Part shown: one piece after another, positions 27,611-38,163 of the stretch
Layout: each line of letters starts with the position of its first letter
How positions within the stretch are numbered: the first letter of the stretch is position 1
Origin: Candidatus Latescibacterota bacterium
Lineage (GTDB): Bacteria; Latescibacterota; UBA2968; UBA8231
Direction of reading: 5' to 3'
DNA: 64,000 bases
Assembly (NCBI GenBank): GCA_965206595.1
Contig: OZ242214.1
Coordinates: forward strand, 672,001-736,000
Notes under the pieces: generated by a model
Told to the model about the DNA's origin: nothing
The model's database searches: none
What the model saw: the letters and a program-made list of their open reading frames with translations, nothing else
Program-made: the position numbers and the translations under genes

Positions 27611-30263
27611 ACGGGGCCCGACGCCGGGGCGATCTCGTCGCTCGACAAGGCCGTGTAGGTCAGCGCCCCGCCCTCCGGGTCGCGGAAGCGGCCGGCCAGG
27701 TACAGATTCGCCGCCTCCCCCTCCACCTTGAGGATCTGCGCCGGCAGGCCGGCACCCAGGGTCAAGCCGTACGGTTCCTTCAGGCCGGAGGTGATCAGGT
27801 CTTCCACATCGCTGCCGTCCAGGTTGGCGCGCTGGATCTTGTCGGTGCCGTAGTCGGTCCAGTACATCTTGCCGCCTCCCAGGTCGAGGGCGATCGCCTG
27901 AGAGGTTCGCAGGCCTTCGGTGACCAGATCCTCCACCTCAGTGCCATCGAGATTGGCTCGCTGGATTTTATCGGTACCCCAGTCGGGCCAGTACATCTTG
28001 CCGGCTGCCAAGTCGAGAGTGATGCCCCGGGGTTGATTGAGGCCGGTCACCAAGTCCTCGACCTCGGAGCCGTCGAGATTGGCTCGCTGGATTTTGTCGG
28101 CGCCCCAGTCGGTTCAGTACATCTTGCCGCCGGCCACGTCGAGGGCGATGCCGTAGGGCTCGTTCAAACCGTCGGTGACCAGGTCCTCGATTCCGGTGCC
28201 GTCCAGGTTGGCGCGCTGGATTTTGTCGATGCCCCAGTCGGTCCAGTACATCTTGCCTCTGGCCAGATCGAGGGCGATGCCGAACGGCTCCTTCAAGCCT
28301 TCGACGACCAGGTCCTCTGCGTGGCTGCCGTCCAAGTTGGCGCGCCGGATCTTGTCGACGACGCTGTCGGTCCAGTACATGCGGCCGGCGTCCCGGTCGA
28401 GAGCGATGTCCCGGGGCTGCTTAAGCCCGGTTACTAGGGTGCGGATGTCACTGCCGTCGAGGTTGGACCGCTGGATCCGGTCGCTGCCGGCGTCGGTCCA
28501 GTAGACCAGGGACACGGCTACCGGGGCCTGGTTGTCCGCAACGGACGGAGTCCGGGTCAGGGCCAGGCCCCGCGGACTCTGCAAGCCCTCGGTCACGAGG
28601 TCTTCCACCTCGGAACCGTCGAGATTGGCGCGCTGGATCTTGTCGGTGCCGCTGTCCGCCCAGTAGAGCTTGCCCTCGGCCACATCCAGGATGAGACCCC
28701 GGGGGGTTTCCAGGCCGATGGTGACCAGGTCTTCCACCTCAGTGCCGTCGAGGTTGGCGCGCTGGATCTTGTCGGTGCCGCTGTCGGTCCAGTAGAGCTT
28801 GCCGCCGGCTACATCGAGAGCCAGGCTCAACGGCGACTGCAGGCCGGTGACGAGGTCTTCCACTTCGGAGCCGTCGAGGTTGGCACGCTGAATCTTGTCG
28901 GTACCGTTGTCGGACCAATAGAGCTTGCCCGCAACCGCGTCGAGGGCCAGGGCCAAGGGGGTCTGCAACCCGGTTGTCACCAAGTCTTCCAACTCGCTAC
29001 CGTCGAGATTGGCTCGTTGGATTTTGTCGGTGCCGTAGTCGGTCCAGTACAGCTTGGAGGCCGCCGCGCCACGACCAAGCCGCGCGGATAGACCAGGCCG
29101 CTGTCGACGACGTCCTCGACCCCGGAGCCATCGAGGCGGGACCGCTGGATCTTGTCGCTGCCCGCGTCCGTCCAGTAGAGCCGCGGTCCTTCGTCATCTG
29201 CCCCCACCGGGGCGCCGATCCCATCCGGAAGCGACAGGTCGGACGGGTCCGCATGGTACGCCACGATGAGGCGGGCGTCGGCCAGATCGACCTGACCGTC
29301 CCGGTTGACGTCCCCAAGGGTGATATCCCCGTTGGGAATGGAAAGGGAGGGGTCCTCGCTGTACGAGGCGACCAGCAGGGCGTCGGAGAGGTCGACTTGG
29401 CCGTTGCCGTCGACGTCTCCCAGGAGGCCGCCTGCGGCCACCTTTCCTCGAGGGAGATTGACCAGCGTTTCGACCTGGATATCGACCGGACCGTCCCCCA
29501 CCCGGAACGCCGGGTCGACGTAGGGGATGAGTCCCGGACCCGTGACCGTCAACCCGTAGACCTGCCCTTGGCCGCCGGGGGGGACCCACGACCCTGATGC
29601 TATCGCTCCCGCAGTCCTACCTGATGGATCCGCTGCACCGTCGGTGCCCGGGCTGGCTGAGGTCCCGCCACCGGAGGGAGCTATTCCCGCCGGGCCCACC
29701 GGCCCGTCCAGCAGCACCATCGACCGGGTCAGGCGCTCCCCGCCGGCCAGCAGACGGTACAGGTACACCCCCGTTGCCACACCCCGCCCTGAAGCATCAG
29801 TGGCGTTCCATGTCGCGGTGTGAAAACCGGCCGCCTGTTTCCCGTCGACCAGGGTGGCAACCCGCTGCCCCAGAATGTTGAACACCTCCAGCCGCACCCG
29901 AGTCGGGGCGGGCAGCTGGTACGGGATGATCGTCGAGGGATTGAACGGGTTGGGGTAGTTCTGCCCCAGATGCATGTGCGCCGGCAGAGTGGCGGCCTGG
30001 CGCAGGGCCGCCAGCGGCAGCGCGAAGTAGCCGCTCTCATCGGTGGTGGCGTGCAGCGAGCGGCCCAGCTCGGCGCTGTGGAACAGCCTGACCTGGACCC
30101 CCGCTGCAGGCGACCCCGTGGCAAGAAGCACCCGCCCCTCCAGCAGCGGTTCCGCACCGGCGCCGGATACCAGAACCACTACCACGAGACCGCCCAGGAC
30201 AAGCCTCGTAGGATGGGCGATTTTTTGCGCAAGCTGAGAAATGATCCTTCGATGTTTATCCAT
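27600..30263 (-). pseudogene. Secreted YWTD (LDL-receptor class B) repeat protein with FlgD/T9SS-CTD-like and dockerin-like domains, disrupted
   Basis: LGQNYPNPFNPST domain, GDVDGNGQVD/GDVNRDGQVD, many (L/M)YWTDxGTDKIQRANLDG repeats; 1-bp deletion near 29068, TGG-to-TGA at 28114-28116, truncated after FRDPEGGALTY. Confidence 0.85.
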
Positions 30264-30790
30264 GGCGATTCCCTCGTGGGTTGGTCCTGATGGAACGCGG
30301 TTCAACTTACAACAAAACCGAAGACTTCCCAGCCAGACTGCTGTCTAACCTGGCCATTTTGGTTTTACGTGTTGGCAGAGTCGGTTCGGGGCGGAAAGGC
30401 TCCCTCCATACCCATTCACAACACCGATCGCCACAGTCAGTACATAGCCCTGGCCTTCGGGATGCGCTGCCCGCCAAGCTGGGGTGCGCCCGTCCATGGG
30501 ATCGGTCGGTACCGAGGATGTTTTCCAAAATTGTGGTGTCCTTTAGGTCCCTTGGGAGGGGACTTGCTTCGGCTTCCCGGAAGCCGGGAAGGCCGGGCCT
30601 GGACACCGTTGCCGCACAGAGTGCGCGGGACAGTCTGACCTATTCGCCGTGGCCCCAGGGAGCGACCCTTCGCCCCCTCCGGCTCATTTTATAGGTAATA
30701 GGGGCCAACAGCTCGGAAAAGGACCCTGCAAGTAGGGGAAGAAACCAGCCCAATTGCAGCCGGCCAACAAGAAATCAGAGGGGAGGCGCT

Positions 30791-31275
30791 TCAGTTCTTC
30801 TGCAGGGCCAGCCAGCGTTCCCACCAGAGCCGCACCCGGTCGGGCAGGGCCGGTCCGATGTTCTCGGCCACGCGCCACTGGAAGCGCTTGTCCGGCTCCA
30901 GCTGGGGCTCGTCCGGGTCGTACTTGCACAGCCCCCCCCGTCAGCACGAGCCGCTGGTTCACCCCCGGGGGCAGCTTGCCGCGGTGGATGGGGTTACCGT
31001 CCCGGAACAGGGTCTGGCCCCGCTTGAGGACGATGTTCTCCATGCCGGGGAGATCCCTGTGCCTGTCGGAGACGAGGGCGTCCCGCTCCTCGTCGGTGCG
31101 GTAGCGGCTCTGGCTCCAGGGGACCAGCCACAGGCAGGGGTCGTCGATCAGGGCCAGCTGCCAGCGGAAGTTCGTCCACCTCTCCGGACCGCACCTTCTT
31201 CCAGACGTTCCAGGGGGCGGTCTCCAGGCGTTCCAGCAGATCGGGGCCGAAGACGTCGTCGACGATGAAAATACC
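30791..31275 (-). pseudogene. Fragmented PhyH-family gene
   Basis: IVDDVF, WQLALIDDPCLWLVP, LKRGQTLF..IHRG spread over different frames. Confidence 0.6.
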
Positions 31276-31764
31276 CGCGGCCCCGCCGCAGTTCGAGAGG
31301 GAGTGGAATGGTATCCGTAGGCTCCCCTTGCCGCCGATGGCACCGGAGTGTGTGGTCCAGGACACAGAACCGTGTGCTGGAGCACCCAGGGAGCATCCCC
31401 GGGGGGCAGGCCCATGCACCAAGGCCGGTCATTTTTTTCCTGCAAACTTGGTATGGGTCAGGCACGGCCGTAGGAATAGTATCGCGTCGGGCCAGTGGCG
31501 AAACGAATGCGGACCAGTTTTGCCAGAGGGAGTGGACCGAGGGTCGTTACTAGGGATTTGTGTGAGAAGGGGCACAGCGTCACCCTGGCTAGAGGCGTCC
31601 GTTGGGCCATCGAGGCTCCTGGCCCAGATTTTGCGTCCGAGCAAGAGTAAATCCAGCGTACACCCAATGGGAAGAAAATCCGGGGAGTGCGGAGTCACAC
31701 TACAGGAGTGGGGCCGGAGTGGATGGGGTGGTCAAAATCCGGATCGGTTGGTTGGTACCCTGAC

Positions 31765-33231
31765 ATGACAGAAATGAAAAATCACAGGTCTGAAAGGAGA
31801 AGACTAACCGGTAGAAAACCCGGGCCTATTTGGTCGGGATCATTTGCCGGTTTCGATTTGGTATATCTGCCTGATGATGGACAGAGGCTACTCAAGCCGT
31901 CAGCAAGTACCCTGGTAGGGGAAATGGGAGACCAGGCCGGGCTGCGAGGGAGTCGGGCAATTCATCATTATAACCAGGGGGAAAAGGCGTTCAAGGAACG
32001 GAAATTTCTCGATGCGGCCGGGCACTATATTGCTTCTCAAAAAAGCATGGAGAGTATGTGCGCCGTTTCAGCGCATGCAGCGGCGTTAATGATGGTTTCG
32101 GATCTGAGAGAAGCCGCCAATGGATTCGAAACAGCCAGGGCCCTGTCGCAAAAGCAAAAAGAGATTCCGTTCGAAATTGCGTCTGGGATCAACCTGGGCC
32201 AGGTTTACTCAGATCTGGGCGAGACAGACAACTCGGAAGAGGTATTTGACCGGGCTATCAAAACGGCGAAAGAAAATGGTGTTGGGTCTTTGCTTGCAAT
32301 GGCCATCCATCAAAAAGGACTTCTCCAACTCAGGATCGGAGAATACGAAAAGGCGATGTCCTGCTGCGAGATGGCCCTTACGGTGTTCGAAACGATCCAG
32401 GCAGGAAGGGGGCTCGTAGCCGTGCGTTGTACCATGGGTATAGTTTATCTGTCCCGGGGGCAAATTCGGGAGGCGGAAAAAATATTCGGCGAAAACATGA
32501 GATCGGTCGCAAATCGGCAGATGTCCCAGGATCATGTCCGCATTCTGACGAATTATGCAATTTTACATTTAATGAATAATCGGTTGAACGAGGCAGCGGA
32601 GCTGTTGGCCAAGGTTTTGGAAACGAATACCAGGTTGGGGGATGACCATCACAAGGCAAAAATTTTGGTTTTATCAGGTGAGATATCAGGTACAGACGAG
32701 CCAACATCTGGCCTCTTGTGGATTCAAAAGGGATTGGCCTTAATTAGGGAACTGGAATACAAGAAAGGAGAAGTGGATATTCTCGTCCGTTTAAGCATGC
32801 AACAAGTTGCCATGGGGGATTACAAGGCAGGGAAAATTTCATTGGAGAAGGCCCGTGCGGTGGCGACTGCGATTGGGTATGCCAATGGTAAATTTCGAAG
32901 TGGAAATTCCCTGGCCGAAGTTTATTCGATGGAAGGGCATGGGGAGCGCGCCATGCATATCACGAAAAATATCGTTGAAGCGGCTCGAAAAACCCGGAAT
33001 ATTTTCGAGGAGATAAGGGCGTACGAAAGGATTGGTATCATACTGGTCGGGCAAAACGATGTGTTCCAGGGATTGTCCTATTTTGAAAGGGCCGTGGAAA
33101 TGGCAAACAATGTCGGTTGCCACGTGCTGAAAAGTGAAATGTCGACGAGAATAGGAATGATTTTTGAACTAAAAGGATTGGTTGAGTTGGCTGATGAATT
33201 TAAAGCACGAAGGGTGGTCCTGATGAGCTGA
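31765..33231 (+). CDS. Tetratricopeptide-repeat protein
   Basis: Repeated ~40-aa helical units (NLGQVYSDLGE, GEYEKA, MGIVYLSRGQIREA, SLAEVYSMEG); low GC. Confidence 0.8.
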   Translation: MTEMKNHRSERRRLTGRKPGPIWSGSFAGFDLVYLPDDGQRLLKPSASTLVGEMGDQAGLRGSRAIHHYNQGEKAFKERKFLDAAGHYIASQKSMESMCAVSAHAAALMMVSDLREAANGFETARALSQKQKEIPFEIASGINLGQVYSDLGETDNSEEVFDRAIKTAKENGVGSLLAMAIHQKGLLQLRIGEYEKAMSCCEMALTVFETIQAGRGLVAVRCTMGIVYLSRGQIREAEKIFGENMRSVANRQMSQDHVRILTNYAILHLMNNRLNEAAELLAKVLETNTRLGDDHHKAKILVLSGEISGTDEPTSGLLWIQKGLALIRELEYKKGEVDILVRLSMQQVAMGDYKAGKISLEKARAVATAIGYANGKFRSGNSLAEVYSMEGHGERAMHITKNIVEAARKTRNIFEEIRAYERIGIILVGQNDVFQGLSYFERAVEMANNVGCHVLKSEMSTRIGMIFELKGLVELADEFKARRVVLMS

Positions 33232-33388
33232 ATGAATTAACATGACACTAGTTGAGACGGGCGTCAGATTGGGGGCGCAGGGTGATCGAGGACAAGATGA
33301 AATTTCGCGGAAACGAACCCGAATTTCAGGCCCTTGTTGAGGGAGGCCACTCCTTTACCAAATTCATAACCTTGAAAGGGCTAGACTT

Positions 33389-33613
33389 ATGAAACCATTG
33401 AAGAAACCTTCATACAGGGACTACGATGCATCGGGCAACGTCGATGCCTATCACGATGAGTTGACAGGTTTGAAGTTCTTTGTTTGCGGTTTAGCAACTG
33501 TTGCTGCATTAGCTTCTTCAGTGATTACTGGGCCGCTCGGCGGGGCACTGGCGGTTTCGTCAGCCTTGCACTGTGGCTTTATCACCGCTGTAAGCTACGG
33601 CTGGTTTGGTTGA
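33389..33613 (+). CDS. Putative secreted peptide/bacteriocin-like precursor (74 aa, two Cys)
   Basis: GAAAGGG RBS; charged ~24-aa N-terminus and hydrophobic Gly/Ala/Ser-rich core; directly upstream of export genes. Confidence 0.7.
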   Translation: MKPLKKPSYRDYDASGNVDAYHDELTGLKFFVCGLATVAALASSVITGPLGGALAVSSALHCGFITAVSYGWFG

Positions 33614-33624
33614 TGAAAACGAAC

Positions 33625-33685
33625 GAGGCTTGAATTTGAGCCTCCAGATTTAATCTGAAGGAGATGGCCTCCCTCACTTTTATTT
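33625..33685 (+). terminator. Hairpin series plus T-tract after the peptide gene
   Basis: GAGGCT..AGCCTC, CAGAT-TTA-ATCTG, GGAG..CTCC, then CACTTTTTATTT. Confidence 0.4.
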
Positions 33686-33821
33686 GTGGCGAATATGAAG
33701 GAACATGTAACTGTCTGAAAGAATGGAAGAGAGTCCAGGGTAAGCATGGGGTGTAACTCATAAATGAGAAAAAGAGTCTGAGTTTGGTCCCTACCCCCTC
33801 GAATCGGAAATTCAGATAAAA

Positions 33822-35447
33822 ATGCTAAAAGTTTGGTGGTACATGACATGGCTCCGTTTAAAGGTCGAGCGAACTGAATCAAAATCGGGTCCTGGAAGTT
33901 ATGCCGTTAAAATATCGGGGGAGATAGCGATCCTGGTCCTCTCGCTCTGGGCCTCGGCAGGCGTACACCACGCGTTGCTTCATGCTATGGGTAACGAGGG
34001 CTTGATGGTTCGGGAATTGCTTCACGCATTGTTTGCCGGTTTGTCGGTGGTATGGGTGGTTCTAGGGCTCAAGAGTATCCTGAGTACTTCTGTTTGTAAG
34101 GACCTTCGCGAAACCGTCAAGTATCCATGGACCTACAAACAGGTTTACGCTGCCGGAGTGGTTAGAACCCTTTCTGACCGATGGCTGATTATGTTTGCAC
34201 CTGTTTTGGTCTCTTCGGCGATGGCATGTGGATTGTTGAAATCAATAAAAACCGGACTTATCTGCGGTTTTTCAATGATTGCGTTTGCTGTGCTGATGGT
34301 AAGCTGGATTCAGGCGTTGCGTTCGTGGATAGATATTTCCCTTAGTTGGTGGATATCCAAATACGGTTTGGTCATACTTACAAGCTTAGCTTTCCTCATG
34401 GTAAATCTGATGTTGGCTTTGCTTCTTTTGAAGGATGGGTACATGCAGGAAATGATAACTCAATTAGGAAAACTTCGTTTGTCTTCCTATCTCAGATTTA
34501 CACCACCGGGCATGCTCGGTGATATTTTCTATTTTCTGAGTCGGGGAAGAACTTATGATTCGATAGTCTGTTTCCTTGGGCTTATGGGATACCTCTCATT
34601 GGGGTATCTCGTGTCACGCAGAAGCACCATGAGTCTGATCTTCAACGAACCCTCGGTTAGTAGAGGAAGTCAGGGGCTACCAGGCAATATTTATTTTAAA
34701 ATGTGTGGCATTGCGGAGCGCTTTCTTCCCATGAAGTATATCCCTTTTTTTACCCACGAGCTATTATATCTTTGTAGATGGAATCAGTTCCGGGTAATGG
34801 CCGTTTTCCAAGTAGTTATTGCCTGGTGCATGTCTGTAGTAGTCCTTTCGGCACGGTTTGAGTACTATTGGGCCTTCTTGGTTTTCTATTTCGGGGGAAT
34901 GAGTGGTTTCATGCACTCCCTCTTCAATAAAGAGTCTAAAGGTGTTGTTCACCACTTTCTTTTGCCGATTCATTTACGAGATGTGCTTATCAGTAAAAAT
35001 TTGGCATTGGTATGTCTTCAGATTTTCATTAACTGGATGTATCTTCCAGGGATCCTTTTCTGGATCTGGCAAGGGAAGGAAACAGACCTGACACTGGCCC
35101 TTGCATTGATTCCATTCACCGTTTGCGTTCCCATTTACGTTGCCGCGACAGGAAATTTTTCATCCGTTTTTTTTCCAAAGAAACTCAAATCCTTTGGTTC
35201 GATGAGTCAGAGATCCTGGTCGATTCAAAGTGTTTGGTTGATTTTAATTGCCTGGCTGCCCGCGGTTATTTTTATCGGAATCAACGTTTACGTTTTCCAT
35301 TTTGTCTTACGTTCCCCACAATTGACGATTTTCAGCTTTTTCCTAGTTTTTCTAGTGAGTCTGGGTACCTACTTTTTTGCCATCAAAAAATCATCAGCTC
35401 TTATGAAATCCAGACAAGAAAAACTGCTGCAAGTGCTTTTCAAATAG
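33822..35447 (+). CDS. Polytopic membrane protein, ABC exporter permease
   Basis: Many TM segments; LLPIHLRDVLISKNL ABC-2-like motif; adjacent to ATPase. Confidence 0.75.
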   Translation: MLKVWWYMTWLRLKVERTESKSGPGSYAVKISGEIAILVLSLWASAGVHHALLHAMGNEGLMVRELLHALFAGLSVVWVVLGLKSILSTSVCKDLRETVKYPWTYKQVYAAGVVRTLSDRWLIMFAPVLVSSAMACGLLKSIKTGLICGFSMIAFAVLMVSWIQALRSWIDISLSWWISKYGLVILTSLAFLMVNLMLALLLLKDGYMQEMITQLGKLRLSSYLRFTPPGMLGDIFYFLSRGRTYDSIVCFLGLMGYLSLGYLVSRRSTMSLIFNEPSVSRGSQGLPGNIYFKMCGIAERFLPMKYIPFFTHELLYLCRWNQFRVMAVFQVVIAWCMSVVVLSARFEYYWAFLVFYFGGMSGFMHSLFNKESKGVVHHFLLPIHLRDVLISKNLALVCLQIFINWMYLPGILFWIWQGKETDLTLALALIPFTVCVPIYVAATGNFSSVFFPKKLKSFGSMSQRSWSIQSVWLILIAWLPAVIFIGINVYVFHFVLRSPQLTIFSFFLVFLVSLGTYFFAIKKSSALMKSRQEKLLQVLFK

Positions 35448-35460
35448 GGAAGGCCCAGAA

Positions 35461-36240
35461 ATGAACGTAGCCATATCCGCACAAAACCTGATCAAGGAAT
35501 TCGGGCCTGTCACTGCTGTGAAAAATCTTTCCCTTTCCATAAACGAAGGAACCTTTTTCGGTCTCCTTGGAACCAACGGGGCGGGAAAGACAACAGCCGT
35601 TGGGATGCTTTCCGGGTTGCTCCAACCCACGTCAGGTATCGTCCAGATCCTTGGTAAGAACTTTCACCTCCATGGGATCGAAATTAAACGCCAACTCGGT
35701 GTTATGACAGACACCCTTGGCCTGTACGAACAATTGACTGGAGCGGAGTACCTCGCATTTATCGGCAAAGTTTTCTCCATCCCCGACCGGGTTATCTTCG
35801 CCAGGTGTGAAGAATTATTTGAATTGATGGGTTTGGCAGCTGCGCGCAACGGGTTCATTTATAGATATTCCTCGGGGATGAAGAAAAAGCTTTACCTGGC
35901 CTCCTTATTCATCAGGTCTCCCCGCGTTTTAATTATGGACGAACCTTTCGAGGGAATTGATCCGGCCTCCGCAATAGTCATACAGGAGGTCCTCCTCTCC
36001 ATGCAGGATCGGGGAATCACCATTTTTCTCACCTCTCATAATCTGGAACTGGTTGAAAAGCTTTGTTCGAAGGTTGCCATAATGCATGAGGGAGAGATCA
36101 TTCACACGGCCAAACGGGACCGTTATCCGCCCGCCGCAGGGAGAGTTTCCGGCCTGGAGAAAGTTTTCCTGGAGCTCGTGCGTCACCCCGGTCAAGGCGG
36201 GAACCTCTCCTGGCTGAATGCAGGGCCGTCTCCGGTATAG
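35461..36240 (+). CDS. ABC transporter ATP-binding protein
   Basis: GTNGAGKTT, YSSGMKKK, LIMDEP, TSH. Confidence 0.95.
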   Translation: MNVAISAQNLIKEFGPVTAVKNLSLSINEGTFFGLLGTNGAGKTTAVGMLSGLLQPTSGIVQILGKNFHLHGIEIKRQLGVMTDTLGLYEQLTGAEYLAFIGKVFSIPDRVIFARCEELFELMGLAAARNGFIYRYSSGMKKKLYLASLFIRSPRVLIMDEPFEGIDPASAIVIQEVLLSMQDRGITIFLTSHNLELVEKLCSKVAIMHEGEIIHTAKRDRYPPAAGRVSGLEKVFLELVRHPGQGGNLSWLNAGPSPV

Positions 36241-36348
36241 TGTCCTGTCCACAAATACCCAAACCGTCGCTTCCGCTTCCTCCGCCAATCCGTCCTGTCT
36301 TCACGCTTTCGCGGCTTTCCCCCACCTGATGGATGCAGCTGATGCAAG

Positions 36349-38163
36349 ATGGGCTTCTTTCGACAACTTGAGCTAGCGCGGCAAAGGGGCTTTACCCTCC
36401 GCCAGGTTTTTACCTCCAGCCCGTCACCGGGTGTGGGACGATTCCTTTTTTTGCGGCTGCTTTTCTTTTTTCAGCCCTACTGGATTCGGGTAATCGAAGC
36501 CGCCGCCTGCATGGTCTTCTCCACTGTATTGGCCCTTCCCATGCCCTTGTTCTCCATTTACATAATCGACCATATTATCGTGAACCATCAGGAGGATATT
36601 CTCCATTTGGTCTGCGCTGTGCTAGGGACCATTGTCCTTTTGGGAATGGTTTTGAGTTTTTTACAGCACTATTTGCTGCTGATATTTACCAGACGGGTGT
36701 TTTTCGATATAGAACTGAAATTGTTTCAAAAGATTCATTCGGTACCACTCTCCTATTTGAAAGCCCACGCTAGCGGCTACATTGCCACAAGAATCAGCGA
36801 CGATGTCAGGCAGCTTGGGTCCATGATGGCCGGAGCCTATATCGAAGGACTCAGCAGCATCACCGTTTTAGTCGCCGCGACCTGCATCATGTTCACCATT
36901 AACGCGGAATTGGGCTTTGCCGTCCTTGTTGTGTTACCGGGGATTGTTGCCGTCAATTTTTTGTTTGGGCGCAAAGTCCAGGTGCTGAGTGACCGGGTGC
37001 AGGAGCGAAAGGGCATCACGAATGCTGTCCGGTTGGAGTCCCTGGAATCGGCGCACGTAGTCAGGGCGTTCGACCGGGAAAAATTGGAAGCACGTCGGCT
37101 TGTGTCCGCCTTGCACTCCGAATTCGACGCCGATCTGTCCAGAAATGTCACCATGACCTGCGGCCATCTGGTGCAGGTTTTTCTCTATGCTCTCGGCGGA
37201 ATTCTCCTGCTGTGGTACGGGACCTACGCAATCATGCGCGACGAGCTGACCCTCGGTGAATTCATGGCCTTCAATATGCTGGTTTCCTATATATACGGAC
37301 CGATAGGGCAGCTCACTGGAATTTACCTGAACTTCAAGCGAGGAGTAGGAGTCTTGAAACGGGTTTTTGGGGTTCTGGATGTTCCGGAAGAAAAAGGACG
37401 AGGCGGAAGCTTTCGGAGCCCAGCAAAGACTGGAAAAGTTGTCATTGAGGATTTGCATTTTGGGTACATTCCCCAGCTTCCGGTATTGAAGGGAGTAAAC
37501 CTCGTCCTTGAACCTGGAAAAATATCTGTCGTAGTGGGGCCCAGCGGGTCCGGAAAAACCACCTTGGTTCATCTTCTGTTACGGCTGTACGAGCCGATTT
37601 CGGGTCGAATGCTGCTCGACGGGTACGATTTTCTATCATATGACGTACGCGTGCTTCGCCGGAACGTCGCGCTTGTCGAACAGAACCTCCGGTTGTTTCC
37701 CGGGACCATTTGGGAGAATATCGCCTACGGCAAGCCGGGGGCTACCAAGGAGGAGGTTCTGGCTGCGGCGGAATCCACCAATTGCATGGAGTTCATCAAC
37801 CGGTTTCCAGCCCGCTTGGAGACGCGGCTTAGTGGCGACGGCGTCCAACTTTCCGCCGGGCAGAAGCAGCGCGTTGCGTTAGCCCGCGCCCTGATCCGGG
37901 ATCCCAGACTTCTCGTGCTGGACGAGGGCACCGCCTCACTTGATCCACGGGCGGAAAATCTCGTTGGGGACTCGTTGCGCCGCGCCGCGCAGGGCCGTAC
38001 GACGCTACTGGTCGCCCACCGTCTTTCCACGGTGTTGTTCGCAGATCGAATTTTCGTGCTGGTGGGGGGCCGGATCGTTGAGGAGGGTACGTTACAGGAG
38101 CTTCTTCGAACGGGGGGGCATTTCACCACCATATACGAGCAGAACTTGAAGAGGGCAGGATGA
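36349..38163 (+). CDS. ABC exporter (TMD+NBD), HlyB/SunT-like but lacking a C39 peptidase domain
   Basis: PLFSIYIIDHII, LTLGEFMAF, GPSGSGKT, LSAGQKQR, LVLDEGT, VAHR. Confidence 0.9.
   Translation: MGFFRQLELARQRGFTLRQVFTSSPSPGVGRFLFLRLLFFFQPYWIRVIEAAACMVFSTVLALPMPLFSIYIIDHIIVNHQEDILHLVCAVLGTIVLLGMVLSFLQHYLLLIFTRRVFFDIELKLFQKIHSVPLSYLKAHASGYIATRISDDVRQLGSMMAGAYIEGLSSITVLVAATCIMFTINAELGFAVLVVLPGIVAVNFLFGRKVQVLSDRVQERKGITNAVRLESLESAHVVRAFDREKLEARRLVSALHSEFDADLSRNVTMTCGHLVQVFLYALGGILLLWYGTYAIMRDELTLGEFMAFNMLVSYIYGPIGQLTGIYLNFKRGVGVLKRVFGVLDVPEEKGRGGSFRSPAKTGKVVIEDLHFGYIPQLPVLKGVNLVLEPGKISVVVGPSGSGKTTLVHLLLRLYEPISGRMLLDGYDFLSYDVRVLRRNVALVEQNLRLFPGTIWENIAYGKPGATKEEVLAAAESTNCMEFINRFPARLETRLSGDGVQLSAGQKQRVALARALIRDPRLLVLDEGTASLDPRAENLVGDSLRRAAQGRTTLLVAHRLSTVLFADRIFVLVGGRIVEEGTLQELLRTGGHFTTIYEQNLKRAG

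Noticed and set aside
27376-28437. 353-aa plus-strand ORF as an independent gene
   Set aside because: It is the frameshifted AbiTii tail running into the antisense strand of the YWTD repeats
27760-29180. Regularly spaced DNA repeats as CRISPR or DGR repeats
   Set aside because: They are coding YWTD repeats with synonymous variation; no reverse transcriptase or cas gene nearby
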